Below the pieces are notes generated by a model, which ran no database searches, was not told where the DNA came from, and worked only from the letters and a program-made list of their open reading frames with translations. A stretch of DNA of 32,000 nucleotides from Lachnospiraceae bacterium (GTDB taxonomy: Bacteria > Bacillota > Clostridia > Lachnospirales > Lachnospiraceae), in NCBI GenBank assembly GCA_017614345.1, contig JAGACB010000139.1:3028-35027 (forward strand), in the 5' to 3' direction. Positions 7,780 through 16,052 of the stretch are shown piece after piece. The translations under genes and the position numbers were made by a program. Position 1 is the stretch's first letter. The number at the start of each line of letters is the position of its first letter.

Positions 7780-8451
7780 TCACCGGATCATTTTCAGTTT
7801 CTTTTTGGTTTCTTCCGTCATGGGATATTCCTTCAGGAAGGAGCCGAAGAGTCCGTCCAGGGTTTCTTCCGCGGAAGCTTCTTTGGCCTGCGAAGGATAG
7901 GTCTCCTGCCATTCCTTTTCCAGTTCCGGGATCCCCAGGACCAGGATCTTTTCGGAATTAACCTCGAGAACGTAATATTTTCCCGGGATCTTGAACAGGG
8001 CGCTGGCCTTTCGGTAAGGATAGGAGACCAGTTGTTCCTTCTGTCTGATGGACAGATGGTCTTCGTAGAACGTTACGGATTGAACGGAGTTTAAGTGGCG
8101 CTTAAAGCCGCTCTTCCAGGTAAGCCGGTAATAAAGGTACTGCAGCTTTTTCGGCAGCAGGAGTATGGCGATGGTCAGATACACGAAGCACAGGATCAGA
8201 TTCCGGAGAGGCGGAGTACCGCTCAGACCGAACAGGTTCAGAAGCCGGAAGATACTGACGCCCGCAAGAACCAGAAGGCAGATCAGGGAGAGGATCCCAC
8301 ACAGAGTCATGGCCGGATCCCGTTTGCCGTAAGGCTCGGCGTTTTCTTCGGAAAGATGATAGGCGGCATCCGAGATCTCGTTCAGATCTTCTTCGTTCTT
8401 CGGATCTGTGGTGGAGAATTTGAGCCGTATCATGGAGTCGGTCTTAGTCAT
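7780..8451 (-). CDS. Two-TM membrane protein, YcxB-like
   Basis: The ORF has an ATG at 8451 (MTKTDSMIRLKF...); the track begins at a TTG at 8457. GAAAGG lies about 9 nt upstream. Two central hydrophobic helices are present (LCGILSLICLLVLAGVSIF; LILCFVYLTIAILLL). The C-terminal segment FYEDHLSIRQKEQLVSYPYRKASALFKIPGKYYVLEV resembles the YcxB-like family pattern. The function assignment is weak. Confidence 0.6.
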   Translation of the reverse strand: MTKTDSMIRLKFSTTDPKNEEDLNEISDAAYHLSEENAEPYGKRDPAMTLCGILSLICLLVLAGVSIFRLLNLFGLSGTPPLRNLILCFVYLTIAILLLPKKLQYLYYRLTWKSGFKRHLNSVQSVTFYEDHLSIRQKEQLVSYPYRKASALFKIPGKYYVLEVNSEKILVLGIPELEKEWQETYPSQAKEASAEETLDGLFGSFLKEYPMTEETKKKLKMIR

Positions 8452-8611
8452 AGGCAAAACCTTTCACAGTAGTTTTGTTACCAAAAGCGTGTCAAACACG
8501 GAAAAAAAGACATTTTTTTTCGGCTACGCCGTAATATGTCATTGAATCCGTCATTTATCCGACATTATAATTTGAAAAAGTGATAAAAGTATGAAAAATG
8601 AGCCCGTATTC

Positions 8612-8640
8612 TTGACGGATTCACGAAACGGTGCGATAAT
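8612..8640 (+). promoter_or_regulatory. Candidate sigma-70 promoter for the ABC export operon
   Basis: TTGACG (8612-8617), a 17-nt spacer and GATAAT (8635-8640) preceded by TGc. A second candidate lies upstream: TTGAAT (8542-8547), an 18-nt spacer, TATAAT (8566-8571). Either one gives a 240-310 nt leader. Confidence 0.5.
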
Positions 8641-8882
8641 CGAAAACGTGTGGAATAGGTAAATTTGGAGAAAATGTCAATATTCATATTTTATGATTAT
8701 GTTCCATTTTCAAGAATTTTCCAAAATCAGCCGATCGGGGAAATAAATTAAAAAATCTGAGAGTGTACCGAGGATCGGCAAAAATCGGTGATCTTTACGG
8801 AATTGGTGAGAATATTTTTATAGATAGTACTATACATTTAGCGCCAATGCCGTTGATACGAATTAAGGAGAGAAATATCAAA

Positions 8883-9971
8883 ATGAACAAAAACAGAAAG
8901 AGGAGAATTGCGGCAGTCGGCACGGTTTTGGTAACAACCGTGCTTTCAGGTTGTTCCGTGATCTTTCCGCCGGAAGAGGAGAACCGGCTGGTCCAGCTTG
9001 TGGAAACAGCGGAGGAACTGGATTATTCGGTGGAGTCCGTCATGGTAGGTGATGTGGTCCAGTCCACCACGGTCCGGGCTACGTATCAGCAGTCTCAGGA
9101 TGAGAATCTGTCATTTCCCGTGGAGGGAACGGTTCGGAATGTCTATGTCCGGACAGGTGATTCCGTTCAGACAGGAGATCTGCTGGCAGAGCTGGATACC
9201 GGAAATACTGCCGAGCAGCTTGAGGAACTGATCAAGGAAATGGAGAAGAATACTCAGGAGAAGGAGAATCTGCTGACCTTAAAGCAGTATGATCTGACGG
9301 ATCTGGCGTTAAAGTATCAGGCAGGCTATTACTCCGACTGGGCGGATTATTCCAAGGCGGTGAGCAATCTTGACAAGAGCTATTCCTCCAGGATCGGCCG
9401 GATCGATGATGATCTGACCATCGGGGAATTAAAGAAGGCCAAGTACGAGAAGATCCTTGAGGAAAGCCGGCTGGTTGCAGGGATGGACGGAACGGTATCA
9501 TTTATCATGGGCGGTCTTAAGGGAAAAGAAGTGAACCCTCAGATGAAGGCCATGACCATCATTGATGCCACGGAATGCGTCTTCTCCGGAAAGACCGAGT
9601 ATATCGACTATTTCACCGACGGCGAAGTCCTGATGATCACCAGCAACGATACCGAGTATGAGGTGACCGTTAAGAAGGGCGAAGAGGTGGAAGAAGGGAT
9701 CTATGAGATCTTCTTCGATCTTGTGACTCCGGACGCTACTTTGAATTTCGGCGCTCAGGGAAGCTATGAGCTGATCCTGAACAAATCAGAGAATACCCTT
9801 TATGTTTCCAGAAAGTGTATCCACGACGACGGAAACGGAAACAACTATGTATATCAGATCAATGAAGACGGAGTCAGAGGACTGACTTATGTCAAGGTCG
9901 GTATTTCCGGCGGTAACCTGACAGAGATCGTAGAAGGTCTTGAAGCAGGCGACATGGTCATTTCGAGGTGA
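8883..9971 (+). CDS. HlyD/MacA-family periplasmic-adaptor (membrane fusion) lipoprotein, paralogue 1
   Basis: Starts MNKNRKRRIAAVGTVLVTTVLSGCS (lipobox LSGC), with AAGGAGAG 9 nt upstream. Lipoyl-hairpin motifs are present (VEGTVRNVYVRTGDSVQTGDLLAELD and VAGMDGTVSFI). A coiled-coil middle region follows, and the C-terminus reads VKVGISGGNLTEIVEGLEAGDMVI. The track's GTG start at 8763 is rejected. Confidence 0.85.
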   Translation: MNKNRKRRIAAVGTVLVTTVLSGCSVIFPPEEENRLVQLVETAEELDYSVESVMVGDVVQSTTVRATYQQSQDENLSFPVEGTVRNVYVRTGDSVQTGDLLAELDTGNTAEQLEELIKEMEKNTQEKENLLTLKQYDLTDLALKYQAGYYSDWADYSKAVSNLDKSYSSRIGRIDDDLTIGELKKAKYEKILEESRLVAGMDGTVSFIMGGLKGKEVNPQMKAMTIIDATECVFSGKTEYIDYFTDGEVLMITSNDTEYEVTVKKGEEVEEGIYEIFFDLVTPDATLNFGAQGSYELILNKSENTLYVSRKCIHDDGNGNNYVYQINEDGVRGLTYVKVGISGGNLTEIVEGLEAGDMVISR

Positions 9972-9977
9972 TGCAGC

Positions 9978-11171
9978 ATGAAGACATCTTTTGAATACAG
10001 AAAAAAGAAACAGGGCGTAAGGCTCCTGGCCGGCGTTCTCTCAGCCGGTATGATCCTCAGCCTCTCTGCGTGCAGTACCGGAGAAAAGGGCTCTGAGTCG
10101 GAAATGATCGAACTGATCGAGCCCCAGGGTGCGGGTGTGGTAACGGAAACCGTTCAGAAACGGGATCTGCGTGTGATGTCCACCTCTTCCGCATCTCTTA
10201 CGGTAAGCTCGGAGGATCTTTCATTTTCCGGAGACGGCAGATTCGATAAGTACGAAGTGAGCTTAGGCGAATTTGTGAAGGAAGGAACGGTTCTTGCCCG
10301 GCTGATCACCAAGGATCAGGAGAAGGAGATCGAGGATTCCGAAAAGAAGTTAGAGGAACTGACGGCGGATTATGCATCGGCCAATCAGATGACGGAGCTG
10401 GATATTGCCATTGCAAGGCAGGAGATCGCGGAATATGCGGGAGCCGGAATGGCAGCTCAGGTGAATATCGCAACCAATCAGCTGAATAAAAGGCTGGTGG
10501 AATATCAGATCGAAAAGGATCGGCAGCAGGAGGAGCTGACAGAGCTTCAGACCCGTATCGAGGAACTGAGGGAAAGCATCTCCCATGCGGAGCTGGTGGC
10601 CCCCTGTGACGGTACCATGGTTTCAAGAAGAGATCTTCGTTACGGCGGAAACGTATCTGCCGAAACGCTGGTGATCTCATTTGCCCCTTCCGGGGAACCC
10701 TATCAGGAAGGGACTAAGCCGGTATACCATGAGGATCAGTTCAGGATCGTCACCTCTGCCGGTGATTTTGTAACAGAGCGTTATCTGACCAAGCAGTGCG
10801 TAGATCATTATGCACTGATCGACGGAAAGCGCCTGGAGCTGGAATACATCCCCTACTCGGAGGATCAGTCCAAGGCTTATTCTCTTGCGGGATTAAAGAA
10901 ACCCACGGTTTACGCGGTCAAGGATGCGGGAGACTGCACACTTGAGGTGGGTGATTACGTGATGGTCTGCTATGTGACGGATCAGGTGCTGGATACGGTA
11001 GCCGTCAGCAAGGATGCGTTACTCAGAGAAGGCCGTACTTATTATGTCTATGTCCTGGAAAACGGCGAACAGAAGCGCCGTGATGTGGAGATCGGTATCA
11101 CCAACGGGATCTATACCCAGATCCTTTCGGGGCTGGAGGAAGGAGATGTGGTCTATGTCCAGAATAAATAA
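9978..11171 (+). CDS. HlyD/MacA-family periplasmic-adaptor lipoprotein, paralogue 2
   Basis: Lipobox LSLSACS. Contains EVSLGEFVKEGTVLARL, a long coiled coil (EKEIEDSEKKLEELTADYA...QQEELTELQTRIEELRESI), APCDGTMVS and the C-terminal VEIGITNGIYTQILSGLEEGDVVYV. It starts 6 nt after the paralogue 1 stop. Confidence 0.85.
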   Translation: MKTSFEYRKKKQGVRLLAGVLSAGMILSLSACSTGEKGSESEMIELIEPQGAGVVTETVQKRDLRVMSTSSASLTVSSEDLSFSGDGRFDKYEVSLGEFVKEGTVLARLITKDQEKEIEDSEKKLEELTADYASANQMTELDIAIARQEIAEYAGAGMAAQVNIATNQLNKRLVEYQIEKDRQQEELTELQTRIEELRESISHAELVAPCDGTMVSRRDLRYGGNVSAETLVISFAPSGEPYQEGTKPVYHEDQFRIVTSAGDFVTERYLTKQCVDHYALIDGKRLELEYIPYSEDQSKAYSLAGLKKPTVYAVKDAGDCTLEVGDYVMVCYVTDQVLDTVAVSKDALLREGRTYYVYVLENGEQKRRDVEIGITNGIYTQILSGLEEGDVVYVQNK

Positions 11172-12447
11172 ACACTGCAAACGGACCATGATCCTTGCAA
11201 CCGGTCTTTGTACCGTGTTCCTCGGCGGCTGCAGCCTGCTTTCCTCCGGAACGGAAGAACAGCTGGAGGCCAGAGAACAGGATCTGTATCTGAAGGCTCT
11301 TGATGAGGATCATTCCGGGAATGCTTCCCTTTCCGTAGCGGAGGTGTCCAGAGGTCCCTTCACTCAGAAGCTTTCCTTCGAAGCAACAGCCATTTTCCCC
11401 ATTAATGAATCCGTCAGTGTGGCGGGAGATGCGGAGGATGCTCTTGCAAACCTGGAGGCCGGTTCTCCGGAGGCAGCGGATTATGAGTCCATCCGGGACG
11501 GTAAACTTCAGAAGGTTGTGGTTCAGGAGATCCTGCTCCCGGATTATGCCAGCTACGTGGAGGCGGGAACACCGCTATTTTCCTATACTCTGGCAGCGGA
11601 GTCCGATGAAGTGGCTCTGACAGCGGCAAGAATGGAGCTGGAGCGGGCGAAAACCAATTATGCGGATTATGTACAGAGCAGCAACGAGCAGTTTGTGAGA
11701 ACTCAGGAACGCATTGCCAAGATGGAAGGCGGCTTTGCCCGTACCAAGGAAGAACTGCAGTATCAGCAGTCAGTGATCTCTTATCAGGAAGAGGTGGCAA
11801 AACGGGAAAAGAAGATCTCGGATCTGGAAAAGAATCTGGAAAATATCCAGAACGACCGGGTCTGCATTGTCAAAGCCCCCATCTCCGGTCAGGTCAGCTC
11901 CCTGCGGATCCCGGATCCCGGAAAGGAACTGGCGGTAGGTGATTCAGTCATGATCATCAATTCCCTCGAGGATATCCTTCTTCGTGTGGATGATAAAAAC
12001 GGCGGCCTTCGTGTGAATCAGAGAGTGAAGGTCTATGCCGGTGAAATCGGTAAATCCGATTCCATGGACGGAACCGTGGTCAGTGCCATCAGCTCCGTAT
12101 CCATGGATATGAAGCAGTCTCTCGGCGAATACTCTTATATCAGACTTGACGGCGATACCTCATCCATTACCCAGAGCGCCATTGATGCACTGGGGAACTG
12201 GTGGAGCAGAGGAAACGGTCAGAGCTTTTCCGTGGTCTCGGATTATATTGAGATCAGCGATGCGCTTCTGGTCGATTCCAGAGCAGTGGTCTTTGACCAG
12301 GGACGTCCTTATGTCATGATCGCGGAAGACGGAAAGACAAGAAGAATGTTCTTCTCCTCCGGCGGAAACAATTCCACCGACTACTGGGTCCTTGACGGAC
12401 TGGAGGAAGGAACGGAAGTGGTCCTGAATCCCGCTGGTAAGCAATAG
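11155..12447 (+). CDS. HlyD/MacA-family periplasmic-adaptor lipoprotein, paralogue 3
   Basis: The preferred start gives MSRINKHCKRTMILATGLCTVFLGGCS (lipobox LGGC) at 11155, preceded by GGAGGAAGGAG and overlapping the paralogue 2 stop by 17 nt. It has a coiled-coil region (MELERAKTNYADYVQ...EEVAKREKKISDLEKNLENIQ), APISGQVSSLRI and the C-terminal YWVLDGLEEGTEVVLNP. The exact start is uncertain: ATGs at 11146 and 11155, and one further downstream at 11188 (MILATG...), are all possible. Confidence 0.8.
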   Translation: MSRINKHCKRTMILATGLCTVFLGGCSLLSSGTEEQLEAREQDLYLKALDEDHSGNASLSVAEVSRGPFTQKLSFEATAIFPINESVSVAGDAEDALANLEAGSPEAADYESIRDGKLQKVVVQEILLPDYASYVEAGTPLFSYTLAAESDEVALTAARMELERAKTNYADYVQSSNEQFVRTQERIAKMEGGFARTKEELQYQQSVISYQEEVAKREKKISDLEKNLENIQNDRVCIVKAPISGQVSSLRIPDPGKELAVGDSVMIINSLEDILLRVDDKNGGLRVNQRVKVYAGEIGKSDSMDGTVVSAISSVSMDMKQSLGEYSYIRLDGDTSSITQSAIDALGNWWSRGNGQSFSVVSDYIEISDALLVDSRAVVFDQGRPYVMIAEDGKTRRMFFSSGGNNSTDYWVLDGLEEGTEVVLNPAGKQ

Positions 12448-12465
12448 AGATAACCGGAGGTTGCT

Positions 12466-15300
12466 ATGTTAAGATTTATGATCCAAAAGCTGACCCATAA
12501 AAAGTGGATGGTGCTCAGTCTTTTGATTGGAAATATCCTGCTGATCGCAGTGGCGGCGTCGATCCCCATGTACAAGAACGCCTCCCTTCAGCGGATGCTG
12601 ACGGATGAATTTCAGACCTATTTCGAGGAAAATAACGTAAACCCCGGCATCATGGTCTTAAGTGCATCCATTCAGAAGCAGTACGGAAAGAGTGCGTTTC
12701 TGAAAATGAGAAACTACGAGAGTGAGATCCTGAAGGAACTGGGACTGACTCCCGCGGAAAAATACCCCGTGACGGAATATCTGTTCTTGAACCCCTCCGG
12801 AGCGGAGCCATTGTTCAAAAGAAGTGACGAAAACAGCAGCAGAAAGCTTCAGTTTTCTGCTCTGACGGATCTTGAGGACCATATCGAGATCGTATCCGGC
12901 CGGATGTATTCCGATCAGATCACGGAGGACGGCTTTATCGAGGTCATTGTATCCACCTCCTGCTTTTCCGATCAGGCCCTTCTGGTGGGAGATGAGTTCT
13001 CCTTCAAGGGCATCAAGGATGCAGACGGAAAGCCCAGAAAGGTCCGTGTGGTAGGCGTGTTCCAGGGCATTACGGATGAGGACGGCTACTGGGTCAAGTC
13101 CTCGGACTATTACCATGACGATATCTTTGTTCCGGTGAGCCTCTTTGACTCACAGTTCCTGGATCAGAGCGGAAAGCTCTATATTTCCGGCTACTTCTAT
13201 GTCCGTTATGATACTCAGAAGGTGGCCTTTGAGAAATCTTCCTTCATTTCCGAGAAGCTTTCCCGGATCGTGGAGGACAATGATGATCTTTACACCTCCA
13301 TCCAGGCAGATGCCCTTCAGGAGATCCTGGCTACCTATCTTGATAAGCAGGACCGGATCAATACAACGCTGATGATCCTTCAGGTTCCCGTTCTGGTGCT
13401 GATCTGTGCATTCCTGTTCATGATCTCCGACCAGATGCTCCAGATGGAGAGAAATGAGATCTCCCAGCTGAAGAGCCGTGGCGCAGGCCGTCTTCAGATC
13501 CTTCTGATCTACCTGCTCCAGTCACTGCTTCTTGCAGGCGTGAGTCTGGTGATCGGTATCCCTGTAGGTATGGTATTCTGCCGGGCGATCGGTTCCTCCA
13601 ATGCGTTCCTGGAGTTCGTCAGCCGGAGAAATCTTCGGATCTCCGTAGACCGGGAGGTATGGATCTACTGTGCGGCAGCATTCTTCGTTTCCGTCTGCAT
13701 GACGGTACTTCCGGTCATCGGCTACAGTAAGGTGACCATTGTCAGCTTAAAGCGCAGCAAGAGCCGCAGCGGCAAGCCCATCTGGCAGAAGTTCTTCCTG
13801 GACTTCCTGATCCTGGGTGTGTCCCTGTACGGATATTATTCCTTCTACAGACAGAGGGATGACCTGTATGCGCAGGTGCTCTCCGGAGCTTCCCTGGATC
13901 CCCTGCTGTTCTTAAGCTCTTCCCTGTTCATTCTGGGAGCCGGAATGGTGGCAGTGCGTCTGCAGCCCATCCTTGTAAAGCTTCTTTACAAGCTTCTGGG
14001 GCGGATCCTTCCTCCTTCGGAATTTGCCTCCTTCCTTCAGACCATCCGGACCGGACGGAGACAGTATTTCATCATGATCTTCCTGGTGCTGACCGTGGCA
14101 CTCGGTATCTTTAATGCAACGGTGGCCCGTACCATCATTTCCAATGCGGAGCGGAACATTGCCTACGTGAACGGTGTGGATGTGGTGCTTCAGGAACACT
14201 GGAATGACAACTCGGCCCAGATCCGTGCAGGTATGGCGGAAAAACTTGCCTATACGGAGCCGGACTTCGGACGTTATGAATCCACGGAAGGCATTGATAA
14301 ACTGACCAAGGTTTATCACTATGAGAAGGTCTACAGCCCCAGCATCAAGGGCATGGGCGTGGATGCCAACTCCATCAAGGTATACGGTATCAACACCAAG
14401 GAATTCGGTGAGATGACGGATCTGGAGAATGGTCTTCTGCCTTATCAGTACCGTCAGTATCTGAACGTACTGGCAACCAATCAGAATGCAGTGCTGGTTT
14501 CCTCTGCCTTCCGCGATACGGTGGGCTTAAAGCTGGGAGACAAGCTGACATTAACGGGAGGAATTGACGGAAAGACCTCCACCTCCTTTGAGATCTACGG
14601 CTTTGTGGATTACTGGCCGGGATATGTTCCCACGGATATCAGCGTTTCCGAGAACGGAACGGTGAATGTAACTCCGAACCTCATGGTCATTGCCAACTTC
14701 GGTGCTCTGGAAGAGCGCTGGGGCAAGGTGCCTTACGAGGTATGGATCAAGCTGAAGGACGGCGTCTCCGCAGACTCCGTTTATGACACCATTGTGGAGC
14801 AGAAGATCGACCTGGACAGCTTTACGGATTCCACCAGGGAAATGAGAAATGTCCGCAAGGACACTCTGTATCAGGGAACCAACGGTATCCTGACCATGAG
14901 CTTTATCATTATCCTGATCCTCTGTGTGGTAGGTTTCCTGATCTACTGGATCCTGTCCATCCGCTCGAGAGAGCTTCTCTTCGGTGTGTTCCGTGCCATG
15001 GGTATGGCGAAGAACGAGATCCTGAGAATGCTGATCGGAGAACAGCTCTTCTCCAGTGTACCCGCCATTTTGCTGGGTGTGGGCGTGGGCTGGATCGCAT
15101 CAAGACTCTTTGTTCCGCTGATCCAGATCGCTTATGCATCCAAGAATCAGATCCTGCCCCTTAAGATCCTGACAGAGAACAGTGACATGATGAAGCTCAT
15201 CGTGATCATTGCCCTGATGTTCCTGATCTGCATGATCATTCTGGCGAGAACGGTATTTTCCATGAAGATCTCTCAGGCTCTGAAGCTTGGAGAAGATTAA
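12466..15300 (+). CDS. Fused double-FtsX (MacB-type) ABC transporter permease, about 10 TM with two large extracytoplasmic domains
   Basis: 944 aa, with GGAGG 7 nt upstream. There are two FtsX-type modules: RNEISQLKSRGAGRLQILLIYLLQSLLLAGVSLVIGIPVG, and SRELLFGVFRAMGMAKNEILRMLIGEQLFSSVPAILLGVGVG. Each is preceded by a TM helix and a hydrophilic domain of about 250-260 aa. Confidence 0.88.
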   Translation: MLRFMIQKLTHKKWMVLSLLIGNILLIAVAASIPMYKNASLQRMLTDEFQTYFEENNVNPGIMVLSASIQKQYGKSAFLKMRNYESEILKELGLTPAEKYPVTEYLFLNPSGAEPLFKRSDENSSRKLQFSALTDLEDHIEIVSGRMYSDQITEDGFIEVIVSTSCFSDQALLVGDEFSFKGIKDADGKPRKVRVVGVFQGITDEDGYWVKSSDYYHDDIFVPVSLFDSQFLDQSGKLYISGYFYVRYDTQKVAFEKSSFISEKLSRIVEDNDDLYTSIQADALQEILATYLDKQDRINTTLMILQVPVLVLICAFLFMISDQMLQMERNEISQLKSRGAGRLQILLIYLLQSLLLAGVSLVIGIPVGMVFCRAIGSSNAFLEFVSRRNLRISVDREVWIYCAAAFFVSVCMTVLPVIGYSKVTIVSLKRSKSRSGKPIWQKFFLDFLILGVSLYGYYSFYRQRDDLYAQVLSGASLDPLLFLSSSLFILGAGMVAVRLQPILVKLLYKLLGRILPPSEFASFLQTIRTGRRQYFIMIFLVLTVALGIFNATVARTIISNAERNIAYVNGVDVVLQEHWNDNSAQIRAGMAEKLAYTEPDFGRYESTEGIDKLTKVYHYEKVYSPSIKGMGVDANSIKVYGINTKEFGEMTDLENGLLPYQYRQYLNVLATNQNAVLVSSAFRDTVGLKLGDKLTLTGGIDGKTSTSFEIYGFVDYWPGYVPTDISVSENGTVNVTPNLMVIANFGALEERWGKVPYEVWIKLKDGVSADSVYDTIVEQKIDLDSFTDSTREMRNVRKDTLYQGTNGILTMSFIIILILCVVGFLIYWILSIRSRELLFGVFRAMGMAKNEILRMLIGEQLFSSVPAILLGVGVGWIASRLFVPLIQIAYASKNQILPLKILTENSDMMKLIVIIALMFLICMIILARTVFSMKISQALKLGED

Positions 15301-15365
15301 GTGACAAGAGAAAGGAGAATGGTCCGGTTTTGTGTTATACGTAGCCGGGTCATGTGTGAGATAAT

Positions 15366-16052
15366 ATGAATATGATCACAGCAAAGGATCTCTGTCGCGA
15401 TTTCAAGCTCGGAGACGGAACCACCTTCCGTGTACTGAACAACATTCAGATCGAGATCCCGGAAAAGAAACTTGCGATCCTCAGGGGCCCTTCCGGTTCC
15501 GGAAAGACAACCCTGATGAATATCATCGGTGCGCTGGATATGCCTACGGCGGGGACCGTTACCTTTGACGGCAAGAACATCACCGCCATGAGCGAAGCAA
15601 AGCGCGAACAGTTAAGACGTCGGGATATCGGATTCATTTTCCAGTCCGTATCCCTGATCCCCATTATGACAGCCTATGAAAATGTGGAATTCGCCCTGAG
15701 AATGGGCGGCGGAAAAATGAGCAAGGCGGAGACTAAGGCCCGTGTCACCGAGTGCCTTTCCATGGTAGGCCTGGCGGGGCGTATGAACCATATGCCCCAG
15801 GAGCTCTCCGGCGGTGAGCAGCAGCGTGTGGCCATAGCCCGTGCCATTGCCCACCGGCCCAAGGTGATCTTTGCGGATGAGCCTACGGCGGAGCTGGACT
15901 CCCTGACCGCCAAGGCCGTGGTACAGATCTTTAAGAAGCTTGTGGAACAGGAGCAGGTCACCATCATCATGACCACCCACGACGTGGGACTCATGGATAT
16001 GGCGGATGTGGTATATATGCTTGAGGACGGAGAGATAGTGAAAAATGGCTGA
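15366..16052 (+). CDS. ABC transporter ATP-binding protein (MacB/LolD-type NBD), subunit 1
   Basis: Walker [11 protein letters not shown]-loop FIFQS, signature [14 protein letters not shown], Walker [10 protein letters not shown]-loop TTHD. 228 aa. The RBS is weak; the start could be 15366 or 15372. Confidence 0.92.
   Translation: MNMITAKDLCRDFKLGDGTTFRVLNNIQIEIPEKKLAILRGPSGSGKTTLMNIIGALDMPTAGTVTFDGKNITAMSEAKREQLRRRDIGFIFQSVSLIPIMTAYENVEFALRMGGGKMSKAETKARVTECLSMVGLAGRMNHMPQELSGGEQQRVAIARAIAHRPKVIFADEPTAELDSLTAKAVVQIFKKLVEQEQVTIIMTTHDVGLMDMADVVYMLEDGEIVKNG

Noticed and set aside
7659-7961. A 100-aa plus-strand ORF immediately after the CAP gene
   Set aside because: It spans the bidirectional terminator and then runs antisense to the 3' end of the YcxB-like gene. 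It has no RBS and a low-complexity translation.
8763-8882. N-terminal extensions of the adaptor ORFs in the track (GTG at 8763 for paralogue 1; 11014-11154 for paralogue 3)
   Set aside because: The extensions precede canonical lipoprotein signal peptides (MNKNRKRR...LSGC and MSRINKHCKR...LGGC), which have strong SD sequences directly upstream. The 11014 extension would also overlap paralogue 2 by about 160 nt in another frame.
15311-15369. An orphan strong SD (AAAGGAG, 15311-15317) and a 16-codon ORF (15319-15369) whose TGA overlaps the ATPase 1 ATG (ATGA)
   Set aside because: The SD is only 1 nt from that ATG, which is too close for initiation. The peptide ([16 protein letters not shown]) has no recognisable features, and no alternative in-frame start extends ATPase 1 because a stop lies at 15357-15359. 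It could still matter for translational coupling, but the evidence is too thin to call it a feature.
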